From: an uncultured Verrucomicrobiae bacterium
GTDB lineage: Bacteria; Verrucomicrobiota; Verrucomicrobiia; Chthoniobacterales; JAATET01
Assembly (NCBI GenBank): GCA_963719495.1
Contig: CAVRCI010000001.1
Span: 160,001-224,000 of the forward strand
Direction of reading: 5' to 3'
Length of the DNA: 64,000 nt
In this document: piece by piece, positions 20,612 through 29,788 of the stretch
How the letters are laid out: each line of letters begins with the position of its first letter
Position numbering within the stretch: position 1 is the first letter of the stretch
Position numbers and translations under genes: made by a program
Notes under the pieces: model-generated
Database searches by the model: none
What the model was told of the DNA's origin: nothing
The model's input: the letters and a program-made list of their open reading frames with translations, nothing else

Positions 20612-21844
20612 TCAGGCCGTCCGGTCAATGCGCATCGGCACCCACCGTACGTAGGTCCCCATCCTCCAGAACCATTCCATCGGACCGTAGCGGAAAATCC
20701 TCAGCCACCACCCCGACCACATCAATTGCAGGCCCACAATTCCTCCCGCCACGGCCATCGTAGTACCGACCCCCATCGTGCCGTAATACCCCAGCCCGTA
20801 GCTGTAGAACACCCACCCTGCCACGAGGCTTTGGAGCAAGTAATTCGTCAACGCAGTCCGCCCCACTGCCGCCACCGCGTGAACGCCCCGACCGCCGCGA
20901 GTTCCCCAATGCATCAGCCCCACCAGATAGCACCACGCAAGAGCCGTCGCAGCGGGAAACCCGACCAAGCAATAGACCGCCCACCACACCCTTGAATCTG
21001 GTCGGAAGGTCGAACCCCACGCCGCTATCGCGCTTCCAATGATGGCCAGAGCGAGCAGGCGCCCCAGCCCCCACTGCTTCCACTCGCTTCCATCGGGGAA
21101 CCAGCCCGTTCGCACCGCGTCATACCCCAAGACCACCAAGCCCAGAGAGAACGGCCAGAAGACGATCGTCATCCCCTGCATGACGAGCGCTTCAAAAAAC
21201 CGAACGACGACGATCTCGCCAAAGTCGCCAGCCCGATAGGCCTCGTCCAACTTCTCAATCTGTTCACCGATGAACTGATCGAATTCGGGATCTTCCTCAG
21301 AGGGGATTGCCGCCATCGCCGCCAGCCCAAGCACGACGAGCACCAGACACGCCCCCGCCAGAACCCGTCGCCCCCCGGCACCCAGCTTGCGGACCAACAG
21401 CAACGCCAACCCCAACGAAGCGTATGCGCACAAAATGTCTCCCCACCACAAAAACACCATGTGCACGAGACCAATGAGAAACAGCACGACCATCCGCCGA
21501 ACAACCAATCGCCTGATATTCCCGCCCGCCGCCGCCAACCGATCCTCCTGCCACGCCAAGCCCGCACCTAAAAAAAACGCCAAGATCGTCACGCACTTGC
21601 CGACAACCACCACCTCGAGCGCAAAACTCAACCCCAGCACAACTCCCAATGACTGCTTCGGTGGCTCACTCAGAAACGCCAGATAAAAGTCACTCGAAGC
21701 GAATCCCTGGATATTGGCGAAGATCAACCCCAGCACCGCCGCGCCGCGCGCGACGTCCACCCCCACCCGTCGAGTCCCCGCAGGCACCGGCATCACCTCC
21801 GGCAACGGAGGCGGCAACGAATCCGTTCCATCGTTTTCTCTCAT
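20612..21844 (-). CDS. DUF418 (YeiB-like) membrane protein
   Basis: DVARGAAVLGL, RRMVVLFLIGLVH...WWGDIL, VGRTALTNYLLQS, FRYGPMEWFWR. Confidence 0.9.
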   Translation of the reverse strand: MRENDGTDSLPPPLPEVMPVPAGTRRVGVDVARGAAVLGLIFANIQGFASSDFYLAFLSEPPKQSLGVVLGLSFALEVVVVGKCVTILAFFLGAGLAWQEDRLAAAGGNIRRLVVRRMVVLFLIGLVHMVFLWWGDILCAYASLGLALLLVRKLGAGGRRVLAGACLVLVVLGLAAMAAIPSEEDPEFDQFIGEQIEKLDEAYRAGDFGEIVVVRFFEALVMQGMTIVFWPFSLGLVVLGYDAVRTGWFPDGSEWKQWGLGRLLALAIIGSAIAAWGSTFRPDSRVWWAVYCLVGFPAATALAWCYLVGLMHWGTRGGRGVHAVAAVGRTALTNYLLQSLVAGWVFYSYGLGYYGTMGVGTTMAVAGGIVGLQLMWSGWWLRIFRYGPMEWFWRMGTYVRWVPMRIDRTA

Positions 21845-21947
21845 CAGTTTGAACTCCGTGATCGCTTCTCCCGTTCCTTCACCCTACGACGCTCCGCTCT
21901 CAAAACGGTATCCAATTCCGCATTCCGCAACTTATCAGATTGCAATT

Positions 21948-23080
21948 GGGGTCAGTGTGCAAAAACGAATTCTCAGTCCCCGGCATCTATGCGATGCACC
22001 CACTGGACAAATTCTTCCGGCACCTTGCGCAACCCATTCGCTGAATCCGAAATTCGAAGCTGCTGACCTGCGTTGGCCGCGCTTTTCATTTCCAGTCGAT
22101 CCGCGATCCACCCCAACGACGCCGTCGTCCGCTGGCGAATGACTCGCGCCAACTCCACTTTGCGCGGATCACTCCCCATGATCCCACGAAGATCCTCCTC
22201 ACGGAGGCCCGCCGCCCGAAGCCCCCCTTCCGCCAGTTCTTCCGCCTGCTGCAACCCATGAGCCAGCCGCTGGGGAGTGCGCTGGTAGGCTCGCGAGGCT
22301 GGCTTGTCCACCTTGCCCTCCAGCATCTTCCTCAATCTCTCCGCAAACGCTTCACTTCCCCAATACCATCCCCGGCGCAAATGACTCATTCGCGCATCGA
22401 AGTGCTCCGGCACCGCAACCAACCCACTTTCCTTCTTCTCCTGCAAACCCCGCCGGTCCAAGTGCTCCACCATCTCGCGCCGACCGGCCACCGTGTCCGA
22501 ATGCCCCAACCTTCTCAACCCGTCAGCGGCAGCAAGCCACTTTGGGCGATTCATCGGTTCCAAAGCGTACCCTCCAGCCACGCTGCTCCAGCGGTAATCG
22601 AGAACGCTGCCACCCGATTCGATCTTCACAAGACCCGCTCGAATCGGGTTGAGGTGAATGTAATCCAGTACCTTGCCGTAGTATCCAACCTCATCCCCGT
22701 CGATAATCACTGACTTATAGCGATCCCCAAAGACACGACCCCACACGCGATGCCGCAGGTTGAACCTTCGCGTATAAGTATTTTGAACCCACTTCATACC
22801 CTCCACCAGGTTCGGCTCCGGCGTCTCGATCAACAGGTGGTAGTGATTACCCATCAACACCCAACCGTGAATCCCCCATCCGGTCCGCCCACAGACTTCC
22901 GAAATCACCTCGAGGAAGAATCGACGATCATCGTCGTCCTCGAAAATTGCCTCCCGCCGGTTACCACGTGCCATCACGTGATAAAACGCGCCCGCGTATT
23001 CCAATCTCAAACTCCTCGCCACCCGCTAAACAAAGACCGCAAGACGGTATACGGTCAATTGCTTTTTGCACACTGACCCC
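21948..23080 (-). mobile_element. Y1 HUH (RAYT-like) element bounded by 18-bp perfect inverted repeats
   Basis: GGGGTCAGTGTGCAAAAA (21948-21965) and TTTTTGCACACTGACCCC (23063-23080) tightly bracket the transposase ORF; the right end is followed by a duplicated CTGACCCCCTTTTCC. Confidence 0.88.
21973..23022 (-). CDS. REP-associated tyrosine transposase-like Y1 HUH endonuclease with C-terminal HTH-like region
   Basis: YHVMARGNRREAIF, VLMGNHYHLL (HUH), YIHLNP (catalytic Tyr), YRWSS; C-terminal SLGWIADRLEM. Confidence 0.93.
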   Translation of the reverse strand: MARSLRLEYAGAFYHVMARGNRREAIFEDDDDRRFFLEVISEVCGRTGWGIHGWVLMGNHYHLLIETPEPNLVEGMKWVQNTYTRRFNLRHRVWGRVFGDRYKSVIIDGDEVGYYGKVLDYIHLNPIRAGLVKIESGGSVLDYRWSSVAGGYALEPMNRPKWLAAADGLRRLGHSDTVAGRREMVEHLDRRGLQEKKESGLVAVPEHFDARMSHLRRGWYWGSEAFAERLRKMLEGKVDKPASRAYQRTPQRLAHGLQQAEELAEGGLRAAGLREEDLRGIMGSDPRKVELARVIRQRTTASLGWIADRLEMKSAANAGQQLRISDSANGLRKVPEEFVQWVHRIDAGD

Positions 23081-25250
23081 CTTTTCCCTGACCCCCTTTT
23101 CCCTCGACCAACCACGCAATATCGTTCGCGTCCAACACCGCCCACCGGTCCGAAGCCAAATGCCAGATGTCTTTTGTCTGGAGGCGATCGTCATTCAGCA
23201 CGCACTTCGCGAATACTCGGCGCATCTCGACGTTCTGAAGCGCCCGACCGACTACCGACCGGTCCGAATCAGTGGCAAAAGGCAGATAGTTCCGACTCTT
23301 CGAAAGCCACACCTCGACCGCGAGAGCCGCAATCTCCGGCACGTCGAGATGATCCAGAGCCTTCGCGAACGCTTGCCCGGCCAATTCCTCCCGGCAATTC
23401 AGCGAATCGAAACAATGCGTCCACTCGATGCACTTCCGGAGCAGAGGGACGAGGTCTTCCGTCCGCACGTGCCGCGGTAGAAGATCAGACAGCACGCGCC
23501 GGTAACTCCCGAAATAGTTGTTTGCTCGCAGAGCGTGGATCGCTGGAAGCGCGTCACTCACGGACCAAATCGTCGGGACCAAACGCGCGAGAGCATCGCC
23601 TCGGATGGAATCTTGCGGATCGTTGCCCACGGTCCCTTCAGCCAGCGGAATCAACTCCGCGAGTCGCTCCTCCGGAACACTTGCGCAAAGAGCATCCGCC
23701 GCAGCTTCGCGAATTTGCTGCGATTCGTCCGAATCGCGCAAAACCTCGAAGTAGTCATCGCAGAGCTCAGGGATCTGACACGCCTCAGCGATGTCGAACG
23801 CGACACGACGCGCGATGATCCCATCCGACCGACTGCGCAAAACCGGATGGATTTGCTCGGCCAATCCAGGATGCGACAACCGTTTGTAAAAAGAGCGATA
23901 CTGCCCGTCGTCGAAAATTTCCTCGCGGCGGGCGCCAGCAAGAATTGCGTCCACCAACTCGCGCTTAAACTCGCCGTTGATTCGCGCGATGTCACTGCGC
24001 AACAGAATCTCTGGTTCGATTTGGAGGAGGTGACGTAAAAAATCCGCGTGGCCTCCCGCAATCCACGCTGCCAACTCGGCCAATTGGGGTGCCACGTGTT
24101 CTCGACCGGCATCCCGTCGACAAAGGAGTCGACGAAGCTGAACGGTGGGAAGCTGAACAAGCCGCAGGGCAGCCAGGCACTCCGCAACCGTTTGATGAAT
24201 AAAGACAAACCGTCCCTCCCCCACGCCGGTGAAAAGGGCTGTTTCGACCACATGGCTCTGAGCAGCCTCAACAACAAGCTCGCGGGAGAACGATTCATCG
24301 TCCAGAAGCCCGTCAAGTCTCACGACTGACCGGCCACTCAGCAGCATCACTGCAGCAAGATTGGCAGCGGACATCAGGCGCTCATCCTCCGTGGGGATGG
24401 CCATCGTCTTACTTCTGCGCCGAGTCAGGCTGGCTCGTTCCAGACTATGCTCGGCATTCAGACGACGCACGGCACTTTCGTAAAGCTCGCGGTGTGACCA
24501 GTCCGTCACCGATCCCGATTGAAATTCTTTCAACAAAAACGACAGCGTCAGCGGTCGTGCCGCCATCGGAGCGACCTGCGCACGATACGCCGCTTCAACG
24601 AACTCATCCGCATTGATCTCAAACGACTCCGCTGCGCTCCTCGCGTCAACCTGCCGAAGAGGGCAGAGCTCCGGGACCAAACGGTCTTGAGGATCTATTT
24701 TCCAAAGATCGAAAAACTCTGATTCCGCCGTGACCGGCCACTCGGCGATTCGGCAGGCCAGCACAACTTTCAGCCGAGCAACCGGGTATCCGCGTAAGTC
24801 GGCAGTAAGCGATTCCACCAACTTGGGTGCTTGGATCATCCCTTCGTCGACGCTGTCGACGAAAAGAGTCGCTGTTTCAGACTCATTGCCAACCCAACGG
24901 TGCCACGAAGGACTTCCAAAGACTTGGTGCCGGAAATCTGCGTAGTCGACGATCTTCAATAGGTTTGCTTCGACGACGATGTCACCACGTTTCTCGTGAG
25001 CCTCGCGAAGTCGCTGCAACTCTGTTGACTTGCCCATCGCCGGCTCGCCGCAGAGAACGATGGGAGCCGTTTCGAACAGCAGCGCGTCCGTGGCACGCAG
25101 GTGTTGGTTAGCTTGAGTCCAAACAGAATCCGACTCCGGATCATCAAGGAAGGCTTCACCGAATCCGCATGAGATGCTTTCCCCACGACGGCACCAGAAC
25201 CGCCGCCAATTTAGAGGTTCTCCGGAAAATAAACGATAATCGGTAGGCAT
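23055..25250 (-). pseudogene. NACHT/STAND-like NTPase with helical repeats, apparently 3'-truncated by the RAYT element
   Basis: Walker A CGEPAMGKST, Walker B LFVDSVDE, LACR, RPLTL, FIHQTVAECLAA, HEAT-like region; last residues (GKGGQGKGGQCAKSN) are translated repeat. Confidence 0.75.
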
Positions 25251-25320
25251 ATCCGGGAAGCGGGAAATCGTTCGGTGGAGTTACCACTATTCCAATCAAC
25301 TCTGTCCATCCCGTAGAGGC

Positions 25321-25645
25321 CTCGATCTCGGCTACAACCGGAAACCGGTCGCCTTCACCGGCGACCCCACAACCAACACCCGCCTCGTCCCCGAGATCCG
25401 CGTCCTCTGGCAGCACGAATTCTTCAACAACAGCCGCAACATCGGCAGCGCGCTTGACGCCCGGATCCGGTCCCGGCTTCAACACCAGCACCTCCTAGCC
25501 CGGCCGCGACAGCGTCTTCGCGGGAGCCGGCGTCAGCACCCAACTCGGCGACCGCTGGAATGCCAGCGTCTATTACAACGCCGACTTCGGTCGCCAGGAC
25601 CTCACCAGCCACAGCGTCAGCGCCAGCCTCGGCTGGAAGTTTTAG
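25321..25645 (+). pseudogene. autotransporter beta-barrel C-terminal remnant
   Basis: LVPEIRVLWQHEFFNNSRNIGSALDA[frameshift]GSGPGFNTSTS*PGRDSVFAGAGVSTQLGDRWNASVYYNADFGRQDLTSHSVSASLGWKF; terminal aromatic beta-signal. Not in the ORF track. Confidence 0.8.
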
Positions 25646-25708
25646 GGTCGAGCTGGCATCGCTGCCCGGCGCAAACTTGATCGCCCAAACCGACCAAGCT
25701 CATTGCCC

Positions 25709-25756
25709 GGGGAGCGCGCCCGTCCCGGGTGCGAGCGACGGCGTCCCGCCGAAGCT
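25709..25756 (+). repeat. double-hairpin REP-like element
   Basis: 27-bp identity with the carB insertion, followed by CGGCG-TCC-CGCCG. Confidence 0.85.
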
Positions 25757-25779
25757 CCGGGCGGCAGCCGGTCAGCCCG

Positions 25780-26343
25780 CTAAAGCTCGAGAAAATTCCC
25801 CAGCAATCGCTTCCCCTCCGAAGTCAGGATCGACTCCGGATGAAACTGCACGCCATACACCGGCAGATCCTTGTGCCGCAACCCCATGATCTCGCCTTCC
25901 GCCGTCTCGGCGGTGATCTCCAGGCAATCCGGCAGCGTCTCCCGCCGCACGAGCAACGAGTGATACCGCGTCGCCTCGAACGGCTCCGGCAATCCCGCAA
26001 AGACGTCCGTCCCCCGGTGTTGGATCGGCGACGTCTTGCCGTGCATCAACCGCTCCGCCCGCACGACCTCACCGCCGTAAACGTCCCCAATGCACTGGTG
26101 CCCAAGACACACACCGAGCAACGGCACCTTCCCCCCGAACTCCCGAATCACGTCGTTACTGATCCCCGCCTCCTGCGGCGTGCGCGGACCCGGCGACACG
26201 CAGATCCGCTCCGGCCCCATCGCCGCGATCTCGTCGATCGTGATCTCGTCATTCCGCCGCACGACCGGCCCCGCCCCCAACTCGCCGAAATACTGAACCA
26301 AGTTGTAAGTGAACGAGTCGTAATTATCGATAATGAGAATCAT
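25780..26343 (-). CDS. trpG: anthranilate/aminodeoxychorismate synthase component II
   Basis: True start [44 protein letters not shown]; overlaps the trpE stop. Confidence 0.95.
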   Translation of the reverse strand: MILIIDNYDSFTYNLVQYFGELGAGPVVRRNDEITIDEIAAMGPERICVSPGPRTPQEAGISNDVIREFGGKVPLLGVCLGHQCIGDVYGGEVVRAERLMHGKTSPIQHRGTDVFAGLPEPFEATRYHSLLVRRETLPDCLEITAETAEGEIMGLRHKDLPVYGVQFHPESILTSEGKRLLGNFLEL

Positions 26344-27845
26344 TTCGTTTCCTCCGCCAAGGTGCGGGCGAGCTCGATGGCCCGCGCCGCCGCCATCGCC
26401 TTGTTCACGCTTTCCTGATACTCGCCCTCCGCCGTCGAATCCGCAACCAAACCCCCGCCCGCCTGCACGTAGGCTACGCCGTCCTTGAGCACGATCGTCC
26501 GCAGCGCGATGCACGAGTCCAGATTTCCATCGAAGCCAAAATACCCGACCGCCCCCGCGTAGACGCCGCGCTTGCTCTGCTCGAGCTCGTTGATCACCTG
26601 CATCGCCCGCACCTTCGGCGAGCCCGACACCGTGCCCGCCGGAAACGTCGCCCGCATCACGTCGAAACCATTGCGGTCCCCCGCCAGTCGACCCGACACC
26701 TGCGACACGATGTGCATCACGTGGCTGTAGCGCTCGACGGTCATAAAATCCTCCACGACCACGCTCCCAAACTCCGCGATCCGCCCGACGTCGTTGCGCG
26801 CGAGATCGACGAGCATGAGATGCTCCGCCCGCTCCTTGGGATCGGCCAGTAGCTCCTGTTCGAGCGCCACGTCCTCCGCCTCCGTCTCGCCTCGCTTTCG
26901 TGTGCCGGCGAGTGGGCGGATTTCGATCAGCCCGTCCGTCACGCGCACGTGAACCTCCGGGGAACTCCCAACGATCGAGAACCCATCCTCGACCCGCAGA
27001 CAGAAGAGATAGGGCGACGGGTTCACGAACCGAAGCGCGCGATACAATTCCAGCGGCGTCCCCGCGAAGTCCGCCTGAAAACGCTGCGATGGCACCATTT
27101 GGAAAATGTCCCCCGCGCGGATGTATTCCTTGGCCGCCTCGACCATGTCGAAATACTGCTCCCGCGTCGTGTTGCAGGCCATCGGCCCCGCCGACGGCAC
27201 GTCGCCCGTGAACATCGGCTTCACTTCGAGCGGCTCCGACAGTTTCCCGAGCGCCGCCAGGATTCGTGACACCGCGTCGGCGTAATTCGCCTCGAGATCC
27301 GTCCCCTCGACGAACGCGTTCGCCATCACCTTCATCCGGCGCTTCCGGTGATCGAACGCCACCATCGTATCCGTCATCAGGTAAAACAGATCCGGCACCC
27401 CAAGCTCGTCCTTCGGGGCCGCCGCGACCGTTGGCTCGACCCACCGCACCGCGTCGTAGGCGAGGTATCCGACCGCGCCGCCACGGAATTGAGGCAGCCC
27501 CTCCTGCGGCGCGATCCGGTATCCCGCCATCCGGCGCTCGAGCTCATCCAACGGATCCGTCGCGGTCTCGTATTCCGACACCTCGCCCCGCTCGACGACG
27601 CGCATCGAGCGGCCGTGAGCGCTCATCGTCCAGCGCGCCCCGGTGCCCACGAACGAATACCGTCCGACGTGATCACTCTGCTCCGCCGATTCGAACAGGA
27701 AGCTCGGCGCATCCGTCCCCAACTTCTCGTAAGCCGACACCGGCGTCTCGTAATCCGTCACCAATTCGCACCACACCGTCACGACATTGGAATCGGCGGC
27801 GAGCCGAATAAATTCGTGCAGAGATGGCTGGAACGAAGGTCTCAT
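26340..27845 (-). CDS. trpE: anthranilate synthase component I
   Basis: [57 protein letters not shown]. Confidence 0.96.
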   Translation of the reverse strand: MRPSFQPSLHEFIRLAADSNVVTVWCELVTDYETPVSAYEKLGTDAPSFLFESAEQSDHVGRYSFVGTGARWTMSAHGRSMRVVERGEVSEYETATDPLDELERRMAGYRIAPQEGLPQFRGGAVGYLAYDAVRWVEPTVAAAPKDELGVPDLFYLMTDTMVAFDHRKRRMKVMANAFVEGTDLEANYADAVSRILAALGKLSEPLEVKPMFTGDVPSAGPMACNTTREQYFDMVEAAKEYIRAGDIFQMVPSQRFQADFAGTPLELYRALRFVNPSPYLFCLRVEDGFSIVGSSPEVHVRVTDGLIEIRPLAGTRKRGETEAEDVALEQELLADPKERAEHLMLVDLARNDVGRIAEFGSVVVEDFMTVERYSHVMHIVSQVSGRLAGDRNGFDVMRATFPAGTVSGSPKVRAMQVINELEQSKRGVYAGAVGYFGFDGNLDSCIALRTIVLKDGVAYVQAGGGLVADSTAEGEYQESVNKAMAAARAIELARTLAEETK

Positions 27846-28020
27846 CGAGCGGAAGAGACAACCAAGCCCCCGCCCACCACTCAACCAAAATTGGACCGCC
27901 GACCCACCCAGCTCTCTGCAGCCGTCTCGCCGTGTGAGACGCCACGCTGGACGTCCTGACCACGCAAACCACGATCCACCAACCCGGCACCCACAACCAA
28001 CCGCGAAGCGTCCCCGCCGC

Positions 28021-28123
28021 TGTCATGTTGAGCAAAGCGAAACATCTCTGGCCTACACTCCTCCCGTCCCGTCGACCGCAATCCTGAAGAAGCCAGAGAT
28101 CCTTCGCTTCGCTCAGGATGACA
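28021..28123. repeat. long imperfect inverted repeat (TGTCAT...ATGACA REP-like hairpin)
   Basis: TGTCATGTTGAGCAAAGCGAAACATCTCTGGC pairs with GCCAGAGATCCTTCGCTTCGCTCAGGATGACA. Confidence 0.85.
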
Positions 28124-28169
28124 CGTGCCACGATGGGCCCCCGCCGGGGCCGCTTCCCCAGTCCCCCAC

Positions 28170-29021
28170 CTACTCCGACTCGAACGACGTCATCTCCCCC
28201 GAAATAAAGCCCACAAACACGCTCACCTTCGCCGCCAACGGCACCCGCAGCTCGTCGTCCGAAAGCCAGAACTGCCCGCCGCGGAATTTATCGTAATCCG
28301 TCAATCGCTTCAGCTTCTTACTCTTCACCTCGATCTTCCGAAGATTCATCGACAGCCGGATCGCCTTCCGCGCCCGCCCCATCACCTCGATCGTCTCCCG
28401 CCCCTCGACTTTCACGCTCGCGTGGAACGGCGAATCCCCCGGATAAGCGAGAAAATTGACCTCATCCCCCTCGTCGAGCGGCTGACTCCGCACGAACAAC
28501 AACCCACCCAGCATGTCGAAAATGTCCCGCACCTCGACCCGCTTCCACTTCCCCACCTTCTTGTCGACGCTGACGACACGCTGACGCCACACTTGATCCG
28601 GCTGAAACCGAACGTTCGTCGTGATCGTGCGGTCGCTGTAACGGTCGTATTCCCAGAAGTAATCCGGTTTGAGTGTCCGGGCGTCGATCCACGCCCGGTG
28701 CTCCGCCTCGAAATTCCAGAGCAACCCCGCCAGCCCCAGCGACTCGCCGGTGACCACCACTCGATACTCCGGCTTCGCCCCGAAACGCCCCCCCGCCCGG
28801 GTCACCTCCACCTCCGCCGACGCGGCCTCCATCACGTTCGACCAGCCGAACGAATAGCTCGCCTTGAACGGCTCGATTGGTGGGAAGTCGCCCGGAGTCG
28901 GCGCCGTCAAATCCGCCAACAGTTTGTCCAATTTTTCTTCCGCCCAACCGTCCGTCGGAGCCGCCGCCGTGATGACTCCGAGCAGCAGGCCCGTCCACGC
29001 GGCCGCGATCCCCCGTCTCAC
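28170..29021 (-). CDS. DUF3108-like secreted protein
   Basis: Signal peptide; YSFGWSNVMEAA, DIFDMLGGLLFVRSQPL, FWLSDDELRVPL; GTG start overlaps the batE stop. Confidence 0.75.
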   Translation of the reverse strand: MRRGIAAAWTGLLLGVITAAAPTDGWAEEKLDKLLADLTAPTPGDFPPIEPFKASYSFGWSNVMEAASAEVEVTRAGGRFGAKPEYRVVVTGESLGLAGLLWNFEAEHRAWIDARTLKPDYFWEYDRYSDRTITTNVRFQPDQVWRQRVVSVDKKVGKWKRVEVRDIFDMLGGLLFVRSQPLDEGDEVNFLAYPGDSPFHASVKVEGRETIEVMGRARKAIRLSMNLRKIEVKSKKLKRLTDYDKFRGGQFWLSDDELRVPLAAKVSVFVGFISGEMTSFESE

Positions 29022-29788
29022 AAGGTCTCCCCGGGCACGACCATCGTCAGATCCGCCGTCGGCACCCAGCCGCGTGTCCCGCTCGCGACCTCGACGTAGG
29101 TCCACGCCCCGCGCGGCGACAGCACCCCTACCGCCGCACCGGCGGCCAGTTTGTCGACGGCGGCGGAATTCTTCGCCGGACTCGCGAGCGCCTCCGCTCC
29201 ACCCTCCGACGTCACCATCGCCAGATTCGCATCCGCGATTCGGGGGTCAGCCACCATTCCCATCGCAAAGGCCACGCTACCAATCACCAACGCGGCGATC
29301 GCGCCAGCCAGCCAGACGGAATGCCGCCGATTTCCGATCACGATTGGGACCAGCGCGATGAACCCCGCCCACCCCAACGCCGCACCGAGCCCTTGCAGAA
29401 CCCCCGGGTGGACCACGGTCGTCACGTCGTTCAGCCACGATCTTGGGCGCATCGAAATCGCGTGATCGGCGGCGAGCAACGCAAGGTTGTTGTTGGCCGA
29501 CCGCATCCCCGGGTCCAACAGCAGCGCTCGGCGGTAAGCCAACGCCGCGTCCACGGTCCGCCCCGATTTTTCCCGCGCCACCCCGAGGTTGTAGTAGACC
29601 TCGGCGCTCGAATGCCCGCCCTGGATCAATTCCTCGTAGGCGGCGATCGCCTTCGGATAATCCTCGACCGCCATTTCGAGGTTCGCCTTCGCCAGCGCCC
29701 CGTCGTCCGCCCGGACCACCCCGGTCAGCGCGAGAGCCACGACGAAGACCTTCCCCGCGAATCGCGCGGCTTTCGACCAATCGCTCAT
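29018..29788 (-). CDS. batE: BatE-like TPR + SH3 membrane protein
   Basis: TPR (VYYNLGVA...YRRALLLDP), two TM segments, C-terminal SH3-like WTYVEVASGTRGWVP. Confidence 0.8.
   Translation of the reverse strand: MSDWSKAARFAGKVFVVALALTGVVRADDGALAKANLEMAVEDYPKAIAAYEELIQGGHSSAEVYYNLGVAREKSGRTVDAALAYRRALLLDPGMRSANNNLALLAADHAISMRPRSWLNDVTTVVHPGVLQGLGAALGWAGFIALVPIVIGNRRHSVWLAGAIAALVIGSVAFAMGMVADPRIADANLAMVTSEGGAEALASPAKNSAAVDKLAAGAAVGVLSPRGAWTYVEVASGTRGWVPTADLTMVVPGETL

Noticed and set aside
9455..25498. Stop-codon reassignment or programmed readthrough (TAG 9455, TAA 13905/14196, TAG 25496)
   Set aside because: Mixed stop types co-occur with frameshifts and lost catalytic residues, and housekeeping genes terminate normally at TAG and TAA.
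13842..25645. Classical integron or prophage
   Set aside because: No tyrosine/serine integrase, attC pattern or phage genes recognised.
26344..27444. Long N-terminal extension of TrpG
   Set aside because: Alternative-frame overlap with trpE; the canonical [11 protein letters not shown] start is at 26343.
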